A stretch of 64,000 nt of DNA from a virus (lineage: Duplodnaviria; Caudoviricetes): IMG/VR virus record IMGVR_UViG_3300008262_003210; one strand, 5' to 3'. This document shows positions 18,769-30,700 of the stretch, in pieces (the first letter of the stretch is position 1; each line of letters starts with the position of its first letter). The notes beneath the pieces are model-generated. The model searched no databases. It was not told the DNA's origin and worked only from the letters and a program-made list of their open reading frames with translations. Both the position numbers and the translations under genes were made by a program.

Positions 18769-21700
18769 TTATTCCTGATCGAATGTTATCGATTCGCTAT
18801 CAAATGTTCCATTATCACTGTCAAAACTGGATGGAATTCCGGCCTTGTTCTCATATTTACCAATATTTGCATACCAAATTCCAGGAACAGCTTTTAAGAA
18901 ACGTGCAATTTTACTGTCATCTTCTAGTATATTTGTAGTCGAATCCCATGCTGTGCCTGTTCGTTTAACAACAGTTACCCTAGTTCCAAATTCTAATTTA
19001 TGAGTTAACCATATATTGTTTGATACACCGTCAACTGCAAATTCAGCGTCTAGTTGTATATCACCCTCTGGGCTATACGGAGCTTCATTGATGTTATGTA
19101 CATGATATGGTTTCTTTTTCAGTCTGATATTTCCTACAAAGAATACCCAGTACTGTTTATCTGTAAAGAAATCTAAAGTACTTGTGTGTGCTTCTACACA
19201 GCGATATGTATAGCTTCCTACTTCTACAATATCATCTACAACATACTCTGCTCCAGAAACCCAAGGTACACTTGAATATCCTCCCACAAACACTTCTATA
19301 TCATTTGGCTGAATAAAATAAAGTTCTGGTATAGTTGATACAAAGTCTTCATCATACTCTCTAAGTTCTGGCAGTATAAGTCCGTATTGCGGATCCATTG
19401 GAGCAAAAGATAAAGGTACAATATTAGTGCCGTCAGATTTTACCTGCTCTATAATAGTAGATTCAGTGTACGGAATAGTTTCGCTTGGTCCAAGATCTTG
19501 AACATAACTGCCTGCTCTATGAACATAAGCAACGCCTGTTCCTAATGTACCTCTACGTAATTGCCCCAGTACATAGGTTGTAGTTAACCCTTCAGTTTTT
19601 TCCGTAAGAGTAAAGAACTCAATACGTTCACCTCTAATTTCAATTATTCCTGGTTTGTTATTTGGAATACTTGGTCTGTCAAAATTACTTGCATCTTCAA
19701 CTTCAATAGTGCTGTCAGTATATTTTAAATTTTTAACTAGTGTACTTCTTTTATTGGCATTTAATCGTTTATAGTGTACTCTGTTTAGCATATCTTTAAA
19801 TTGCATATAAGAAATGCCAGAAGTTAAAACTTTGCTGCCATATGTAATAATTGTAAAAATATCTGCTGGGTCTGGATAGAACGCTAGTTTAATACTCTTC
19901 TTATCTTCATTTAATCTGAAATCTGCACTTGGGGTTAATAATATACCGTTCTTAATTACCCAAACATAGTTTTCATCAATCACGTGTCTATCTAATTGAA
20001 TTACACCTCCAGAAACTGCCTTATAATTGTAAAACTCTGGAGTGTCTGAAATTAATTCTAAATTTGATGTCACGTTAACTTCTGTTCTTTGGATATCTAA
20101 AATATTGTGTCTATAAGAGCTTAACACCTCAATTAAATCAGTTGAATCATATGTTTGATTGAAAATAATCTGTGGAGGCTGAATTCCAGACGGTGGAACG
20201 TATTCGTAATCTTGAGTTTGTTTTACACTTATAATCAATTCTTGATTCAAATATGTTTTTCTAACATTCTGAGTTATTTTAATATTGATTCCACTTAAAT
20301 CTACAACATAATCTATTCCAGATACTAATAAATTTCCGCCTGCATAGACAAAAATATCATTTATTGATAATGTATAAGGAAGATATTTTGTTGAATCAAT
20401 TGAGTAATTAACCCTGTTGCCTGTGATTGCAAAATAGCTGTTATTTGGTCCTTGTAAAAACTTATTATTAACTCTAACTAACATGTTTGCTTCTGCTGGC
20501 AGACTATCACCAACTACATTTTGTAAGTTATAAGTTGTTGTTCCATTACCTGGAAAGCGTTCTGTTTTAGTAACTGAATAAGTTTGCTGAGGTCCTTTTA
20601 CTATGACAAAATTAATTAAATCTCCAACTTCAGGAGCAGATGCAAATATTAGCCCCATCCTGTTACTACTTTCATAACTTGAATCTGTTCTGAACAAAGA
20701 TGGAGTTCCTGGTATTGGCTCTGTTCCGTTAATGTAAACTAGATAGGTAACATCTTCATTTACCCAAGGTGCTTTGGTAATAAATTCTTTTGTTACACCG
20801 TCACCGATAAAATAATCAAGATCCAAAATATTTGAACCGTTAAATCCAAAGCTAAAGATCGAAACCATCTCACCAGCTGGAGGAGGAGTTAAGAATTTAA
20901 TTAATCTGTTCTGATAATCAACTGTGTAGTCAATGTTTAAATTTTTCACAGTTGAAGAAGAAGATAAAATTCCTGATATCTGATCTCTTACACCTGTTGT
21001 AAACTTTACAATAACTGCGGTTCTTGTATTTGGTTGTTGTGTAATTTCAAAATCAGTGGTAATTCCGTCAGCAATATAACTGTCAACTTTTATATTAGCA
21101 GATCCAGATTCTGGTCTATCGTATACTTTAATAGCAACAGTATCAACAATTTGTCCTGGAACAACTTCTTCTGTTGCAGGACTACTTGTTGGAGTAACAA
21201 AGCCGTCACCGTCAACAATAATGTCATCTGCGGCAATACCTGTTGCAGAACTGTATGCAAGATTTCCGCCGCTTAGTGCTGTGTCGTAATCTTGTTCTTG
21301 TGGCAATACTGATCCATCGCTACCAGCTTTGCGCCAAATAAACTGATCACCTTCAAATACAGGAAATGTTCCTGGAATAGTGAATGTTTTATATGTTGGA
21401 TCTAACTGATTGTCTGGCACTCCGTCAGAAATAATAGTTTGCATAATAGCAGTATTATTTGCCAACGGTGTCAACGTATTAATGTAGTCAACTTGATCAG
21501 CAATCTCATCAAGTTTTTCATTTTTGTCTATTTGATTTTGTGCTATATCCGCGTTTATGTCATTAAGATTAGTTTGTTCCGTTTGAATTGTCAACTGGAT
21601 AGCTGGTATTGTTGTACCAATTAAATTAGTAATGTCGCTAACTGTTGGTGCGTATAATGGATCTGCTGGAGTTAGGCCGTCTAACACAACATAAAGTGCA

Positions 21701-24700
21701 TTAAGCTCTGCCTGTTTATCTGCAAGAGCATCGTTGGCATTTTCTAAATTTGATTCAATAGTAGCTTTAGAATTTTCCAATACATAAAATTCGCTAGTAA
21801 GCACATTATATTCAAGCTGAAGACTGTTTAATTGATTTTCAGCCACACCAGTTATTGTATAGTTAGGATCATCTAATCTAACCGGGCTTGTATACGCTGT
21901 GATTGAAATATTTGCACCAATTGGAATTGGTTCAACTAAAAATACTGTTCCATTAGGATTGATAGTACAATCTGTTGGATCTACTAGTGTCCTAGTAAAA
22001 ATTGCGCTTGTTCCTGCTGTAATTGGTTTGAATAATATCTGATTTAATTTGACTGTAATAGAATCTACAACTTCTACTACTGTTGTTTCAAAACCTAGAG
22101 TTTTATCTACATCAGGACTAATTGTTAAAACATCGCCTTGTTTAATACCTACAGTATCATCCACAGTAATTATATCGCTACCTGCAACGTTTGTAGGAGA
22201 ATCAGAAATAACAGTAGTAACAGCAACTTTTACAGTTGGAGGATATATGTCATTTATATTAAAATTATAAATGGTTGAAAACCCATCGCCTGTATAAGAA
22301 TCTGTATTTTTTCCGGCATAATAAACGTTTAACTCACTGCCTTGTTCTGGAACATAAGGCAATGTAAACGAATGTGTTCCTGCTGCAACACTAACTACAT
22401 AATCGTCATATGTTTCATCAAAACTTGCCCATTTGTCGGTGTAATAAGGAACACTATCCCATCCTGATCCAATATCAAAATTTAATCCATGAACACTGAC
22501 ACCACCGTAGTCAACTCCAGTCATCAATTGTGCTAGGTCTTTTCCTAGTTCGCCCGCTGCAGGATCATAGTAGAACTGTATTCTATCTGCTGCGTTGAGT
22601 AGTTGTAAATCTTTTGTATAATTAACTGTTACGACAGAACCTTGTGCTGGTGCATTTTTAAATGTTAATGATCCTGAATAACTTGTAAATCCTTTTGATG
22701 TTGATTTAAGAACAGATAACGTATAATTGTCTTTAAGAATTTCTATGTTATTAATCAACACAGTAGCTTTACCACTCTGAACATTCTGAATAAACGTGTT
22801 AGTTATGTCTGGTGCCCATTTTAAAACAAACTGAATTCTAGAACCATTTACAAGAGAGTTTCCACTTATAACTTCAGTTTCTTGAAGTTTAGACATAACA
22901 TAATTCTGAGACAACCTATCAAATTTTAATTTAATTAGATTGCTTCTAATCAATCCGTTGCCTAATATAGCTACAACTTTTGCAGGTGTTCCACCATCAG
23001 CTAGTCCACCTGAAATAACAACAGTTGGTGCGCTTAAATATCCTGAACCTTTTGTTAATAATACTACTCTGTTTATTTTTCCGTTGGTAAAAAACACTCT
23101 AGCAGTGGCGCCAGATCCAGTGTTGCTAATTATACTGACAGTGGGTTCTGATCTATAGCCAGAACCGCCATCAACAATAACTAAAGAAGTTACAGAAAAT
23201 CCTAAATTGTCATACCAGTGACGCCACGGATAAGATAACACGGTATTGTTATCTGACTGTACTACACCGTTAGTTACACTGGTTGCAATAGAAACTATAG
23301 ATCCGTTTTCATAAGTAGAAGGTAAATCAAAATCAGTAGTTACAATCTTACTTGTGTCTAATTTATTATAAGAACTAACATACTCTCTAACTTTAGTTCT
23401 ATAAGGTTTAACTTCGTTAATAAAGTCTTCAAAATTTTCTAAATTGTCACTATTGTAAGTTACTTTTTCTTTTAGTTCTCCAACATTGTGTCGAGCTTTA
23501 ATAAAACTTGTCTTAAATATCCAATCAACATAAGTTTGTTCGCTGAAAATATATCTAACGCTATTGAAGAATAAATTTAAATATACATCTTTTAAATTAT
23601 CAATCAAAATTTCATTTTTCAAAGAATTCAAAATTATTGTTAATTCTGTAGAAGCTGAATTATCAAATATTGCCGAATCGTAAAGAGAGCCGTCAAAACC
23701 ATATAAAGTATTTTCAAATTTATATAATGTTGAATAGAATTGAATTGTTCCTTTTTCTTTTCCAATTATTTTATAATTTTGAGTCCAATCAACACTTTCA
23801 GAATTAGCATATTTTTCTAATAATATCCAAGTGCCTATACTTGTTGTTTTAATTTTAACTGTTTGTCCAATAGAACACTCTAAACTTAATAAATCTGTAA
23901 ATGTATTAACTGTATGGTCTATAGATGTAAATTCATTGTACCCTAAAAGATACCAATCAACATAGTTCCAATATCTTCTTACATCATAACTCTGACTCTG
24001 TACTCTGCTCCACGTTAATGTTGTTGGCTCGTACGAATATATACTCCATGCCCCGCTGGCTTCACTATCGCTGTGAACTAAAACACTATAATTTCTTAAA
24101 GTTACTGTGGTAGCAGAAGTATATCCTTCGCCTGATGAAATAATTTCATAACCTGATATTTGCCCTTTGTTGTTAATTTTAGATTTTACTTTAGCTCCAA
24201 TACCTGTGCCATTTATTATAAAGTAAGGTGCAACTGTATAACCTCTGCCTCGGGCAATTATATCTATGCCGATAATTTTTCCGTTTTCAATTATTGCTGA
24301 AAATTTTGGTTTTTCGAATGTTCCGATATTAGCAAATCTTAATTCAGCATCACTGTCAAGGGTAGTATCATATAAACCTGTTAAGGTGCTTGGTTCTTTT
24401 TCATAAGAATTTAATTTTGAAATATCTCTGTTTTCAACAATTAAATTTTTAAATAATTCGTTGTTAACTTGTTCTATAAATTGTTTTAATGCTTCAAAAC
24501 GATTTATAAACATTCCTTGTCTAGGTCTATTTTCTATACCGTATTTGAGTTTTTCTGGTAGTAACGGATCTGGGACTAATCTACCCTGGGTGTCTTTTCC
24601 GCTTAGACTATCAAACCACTTTTGTTCAACAGCTGATGGAATTACAGTACTAGTTTCATTATTAATAATTTTCCATTGGCTGTGAACATTTTTACCAGTG

Positions 24701-27700
24701 TTTTCTGATGTCCAATATTCTATACTTAATACAACATCTTTGTCTTGCAACAATGGTTGAACATTAACTAAACTAAAACTATTTGCACCAGTTAAAGCAA
24801 TATACTTGTAATCGGCGCCGCGTGGATTTTCTATTAGAGATGCAACATCTCCTGCTGATAATTTTCTATTTGGAATTGATGGAATAGTTTTCTTACCTTT
24901 AACCCAGAAATAATATGTATTTCTAAAAGTTTTAGAAATAGTGTCATATTTTTTAATTACTGAATAAACATTATTGTCATACAGACTAGTTCCGCTTATT
25001 CCTACAGTAATACCTTCTTCTGTGTCGGCTAATTCGTTCCACTGATCTGGAGTAAGTCTAGATTCAACCCATTCGTAAATATCAATACTAGCAAAAGGAA
25101 AAATTGTATTCCATGTGCTATTTCTATAAATTAAATCTGTATCATTACTATCAATAAATTTGGCTGTTCTTAAATCCCACCAAAGCGCACCAACATGCAT
25201 TTTAGTCCAAGCCATGCCTTCGTCTACATTTACTTCCGCAGTTCCAGAACTGTAGGTTGCAGGATCATAAAATGTTTTAAATCTTATTTCAGCGTCGGCA
25301 ATTCCTGGAATTTTACCTTGACTTGGGTCAATGACATCCAAGTATGAAATCATCTTATTTGTTTTTCTATTATATAAAAATGCTCTCTTTATTTGAGATA
25401 GATTAACTTTATCGTTTTCATTATATAACAGTTGCCAGCTTAGGTGTCCCGAAGGTTTACGATATTCGTATACTTTACCAGATTGCAATCCTTGATCAAC
25501 TGCATTAGGAATTCCTACAATTACTTGATTTGAGCCAACAGCAAATCCAGAACTGTATCCAGCTACATCAGTTTGTAAATTTTCAAAACTTTCACTGTAT
25601 ACCCATTTTGTAGCATATCTGTCAAAGACATCGACCCGGCCGTTATTTTCAATAGTATCAAATATCTTGGTTAAATTATTATCAAATGTTGTTTCACCGT
25701 TGTCAAATTTTGTTCTTATAAAACTATCAGCACCTTGACTAAAAACAATCAAGGACTCGTAATCGTTCATAAAGGAAATTTTTGATCCAAAAAGTTCAGC
25801 AACTTCTGGAGTTTTACTTACAAGTGTTTGATATAAAGTATAATCATTATTTGCATACTTGTAAATTGTTACAGCACCTTGATCAATTTCATCATTGTCT
25901 TGATATATTGACGAGATTGCAACATACTCGCCATATCCAGAAACACTGATGCTTGAACCAAAATTTTCATCTTGCCCTGTTATTGTTTTTATTAAACTGT
26001 ACTCGGAATTATCTTGTGTTTTGTAAACAAAAACTTTTCCAGCTGGCAATGTTTTAGGAGCAGAAACAACTAAAGTAGAACTGTCTTGACTAATTGATAG
26101 CACTGACCCAAAGTTACTATTTGACGATGTTGGTGCTAGAATATAGTTTTCTGTATCATATCTCCAACTAGTTGTAGTAAACTCAATAGTACCTGACGGC
26201 TCGCTATCTGGTAGAGCACTGATTATAATTGATTTAGTATTCTGGTCAATTGACGAAACATATTGATTACTTAAAAATCCTGTTCCTTTCAAATACATTC
26301 CTAGCCTAATACCTACTGTACTAGTTAAAACAATCGTTGTTCCTGAACTGCCAATTGGATTGTATGTAGTACTAACTTCTGTTATTGTCTTATAGCTTAA
26401 TCTATAAACTATGCCTTGATTGTTATTATAACCATTAGTACCAACAAATAAAGTATTGTTACCAAAAACTAAACTTGAACCAAATAGTTCATTTTGTGTT
26501 GGTAACGGACTTAATATAGTAGCAACTAAACTAAAAATATTGTTAGAATCTTTCTCATAGAGAGAAATTACACCTTGTTTTGAAAGTGTTGAATTGATCC
26601 CAGTACTATCGACTGGAATATAAGAAATTTCTTCCCAAAAATCTTTTGCAGTTCCAGTAACTGATACTGTGGCTATTGGTCCTGATGCAGCTCCTGCAAC
26701 AACAGATACAACCTTGATTATAAGATTGTTCATCGGGGCATCACCGCCTAATACATTTCCGAAAATTCTTATAGTGTTGCCTACTGCAAATGCTGTTCCT
26801 GGATTAACTACAGTAACAGAATAATTTGAGTTAGTTACAACAATATTAAATGTTGCACCAACACCAGCACCTATTAATGTTGTTCCAGATACATTGTTGT
26901 ATGTTCTAACATTCACTAAAGGATCTTTATTAGTATTAGTTGACGATGCTACAAAATGTTTTGAATTTCTTACTACTATACTGTTTTGCAAATAAGAAGT
27001 AGTCGAATCCCACACACCTTTGTAATTACTGCAAACTTCGGTTGCAAAAGGAGTACCCAATGCTAGCCATCTACTGTCTGACGATAAAGCTAAAATATCT
27101 CCTGTATAAGAATCTGGTGAATTTGATAAACCAAAAAGAGATTCTTTAGTAATGAATGGAGCTGTAATTGTTTGTCTTTGTAGCCAAGGAGAATTAATTC
27201 CTGTCTTATCTAATACAATAGATTCTCCTTGATTTGTTGTAACAATAGAAATATTTCCAGAAGAATTTAGTAATACCTGACGACCATATAGTAATCCTTG
27301 TTGTGGTGACGAGTTAACAATTTCATTTTGAGAATAAACATTATTATGCTTCCATACACCCCATTTGTCATTTCCTATATCATCTGTCCACATTAACTCA
27401 TTTTCTAAAATAGGAATTTTAATTGAATTGTCAATATTATCAATAGACGACACTCTATTAGATCTAAAATAAGATAAAGTAGCTTTAGCTTGGTCCTTAA
27501 AAGGTCTTGGTTGTTCGTCTTTTGTAGCTGAAAGTACAACAGTCTTGCCAATAATTTCTAGAATTTTATAGAACCCGTTATAATCACTAGTTTGATCTAT
27601 TCCTAAATAATCGCCGATGTCAAAATTAACAAGTTTTTCTAAGGTGACAGTTACCTTTCCTATTGAATAAGTTATATCAACAATAGAATTTTCGTATCGA

Positions 27701-30700
27701 GAATACCTGTAAACATTCCATTCGCGATTTTCAAAACCCACCCAAACATAATTACCATCTTCAAAAGATTTTACATCTTCGGTAGTAATATCTTCTAAAG
27801 TTTTTAAAACTGTTTTAACATCGCTAGATCTAACATAACCAGGTGTTCTCAAATAATTCTTTTTATTTTCTACAAGTGGCCACGGACTATTATTATAACC
27901 AATAGGTTTCAAATAAACGTCGTTTGGTGTTTGTCTAATTATAAAATCAGAATAAGTTGTATTAACTTGATTTACAAGCTCGAAGCCTTGAGGATTATTT
28001 TTAACAAGTTGTTCATCTATAATAAATTCTATATTTTCAAAACTACTACTTGCACCGTATTGTCCAGTTCTTAATGCCCATTCTTCATAAAAGGTAATAC
28101 TTTCTTGGCCTTCCGCACTAAGAACATCAAACAACTTATTCAATACATTCTGAGTACCTTTTTCAACAATCATCCCTTGATAAAATTTAAACTCACTAAC
28201 ATCATCTTTAATAATATTGCTGAGATATTGTCGCTTCTGATAGCCAATCAAATGTTGTGCCATAGCTTGTTGGTCGGCGTCGAAATTATCGCTATCCAGG
28301 TTATAAAAATCTTGGAACTGGTTGGCCTTATAAGACCAATTTGGTAATAGTTGAGCCGTTGGCTTACTATCTAGTTTCATCCACTTGGTAGAAATAAACT
28401 CCTCGTTTCCAGGCATAGACGATTTAGCTGTATAGTAAAATTGTTTGTATTTTACAATATCACCTAATGCATAATTTTGCCACGGTTGCCAATCTTGAAT
28501 TACTGCTTGGTCAAAAATAAATCCTGGAACATTAAAATCTCCATTCCAATTGCTGCTTAAATATCCAGATACTTTAATTCTTTCTTGACGATATCCGCTT
28601 GTAGGGTTGTATATTGTGTCATTAAATAGAGTGTTATTTTTTAAAACAATAATCTGTTCTTTCTGAACAAGATAAAAAGTAGCACCGTAGATGCCGTCTT
28701 CAACTGGAGTATAACTTACAGTATTTTCTTCTCTATAATTATTTAAAAATTGCGGTTGGATCGGAGACCCATCTACTTTAAATATTTCATACTTGTTAAA
28801 TTGATTTCGAATATCATCAACAACTGTCTGAGGAGAAGAGAAACTAAGTGCAATAGCTGCTGGACTTAGACTAATAACACTACTACCAATCGAGCTTAAT
28901 CCGTCTAATTTAACATATTCGTTGTAATCAAAGATATTAAAAGGATCAATATTATTGATTGCACGATAGTAATCACCGTTATATCTTACAATTTGTCCTA
29001 GCATTACTGGTTGATTTTCTTGCCACTCTGACCACTTGTCTTCTCCGGTACTCCAATTTTGAGTAGTCCAAAACATAAACTCTTTTGCGCTTGTTTCCCA
29101 ATTAGCAATAGCTTTTAATTCATTATTAAAATTATCAAAAATAAATCCTTGATCTTTTAAATATTCTCCATACCCTAACAAGAAGTCAACTACATCCTGG
29201 ATAGTTCTAAGTTTTGTTCCGTAAGGTAACACTATCTCTTCAGTTCTGTCCCATGCTTGTCTAATGTATGCATTTCTACCTCCAACAATAGGAAGGGATG
29301 GCAATAACGTGTAATAAATTGGATTGAATATTGTTTCAGTCGTATGACGAGTTTTTACTCTATAGAAGCGATTTGAATACGCAACGATTTTTCCAGCAGA
29401 GTATTGTTGCTCAGGTGTCCATGTAACATAGTTTTCTGAGACGCCGCCAATATTAATTTCTATACCAGTTTTAATCCAATTATAATATTTGAAAAACGGC
29501 TGGGTCTTACTGTAGCCTTTTAAACTAAATCCGTCTTCTAATTTTGTAATAATTACGCCACTGTAAATAATTTTCTTAACAGGACTAGATGTATTCAAGA
29601 TTATTTCATAATCTTCCGCAGGAACAAAAACACTTCCACTAGTTAATGGTGTTTTACTATCAAGAAGAAGTTTAAATTTCTCTTTACTTGTAAATCCACC
29701 AATCCTATGAGCAAGTCTTACTTGGATATTTTGTAAGTCATAAAAATATTGGTCATAGGATTTTAATTTGTCGCTCTGAATATAATCAACAAGATAGTTT
29801 ATTATACCGCTTGTTTTGACATTAGTAGAGCTAGAAAAAATGCTAGGTAATAAAATATCTTTAGGTCTAATTCGTTTTTTAGTTTCACTATAAACTATTT
29901 GGCCTGCTAAGTTCCTAACTACTCTAGATCGATCCAACAACAAGCCAAAAGATTTAGCAGGTTGTGTTAATATCAGTGTTATTAAAATTCCAAAAGGATA
30001 GTGACTGCTGCGGCGCCAAGCATTTTCAACAGGGCTCACATCACCAAATACAAAATCTCCAGCTGTAGAATTTGTAACTATTCCAGACGCCAAGCCTGAT
30101 TCAACTGGACTGAGTAGTTGTCCTTGCTGATTAACTGGAATATTTCCTTTTAAATATGTTCTTACATATTTTTTAATTTGTCTTGGAGGAGTTCCAGGTT
30201 CCCTAACAATTCCGTCTGCTAAGTCGTCCCACAAAATTAAATTATCACTAGTATAAGGTGCTGGACCGTAAACTTGTTGCCACCATGCTGGTTCCTCGCT
30301 GAAACCTAACATTTCCCAAGGACATAAGTTAGGCCTGTCTGTTTCAAGCATCCATCTGTAAATGCCTTTCCAATAACCTGGAAGCGGTGTTCTTCCGTCT
30401 GGCGTAGCCATCTCTCGATAATTGTATGTTCGAGGATCTTGATTATTATAACTTAATGGTTTTGTAAAATCTCTATCGATTAAATTTGCCCAAGAATAAA
30501 AATTAGTTGATAATACTTCGTCAAATTCCTTCAACGAGTATGCACCATCTCTATTATAAACAGGTAGAAAATCCCCCGCATCAAAAATTTCAGGATCGTA
30601 TTTTATCTTGATATTATTGTAGATTCTTTTTTCTAATTCAAGAATAATTGCATCTCTGTAATCACCATACGCTAATACAATACTGCCGTCATGCCCTTGA

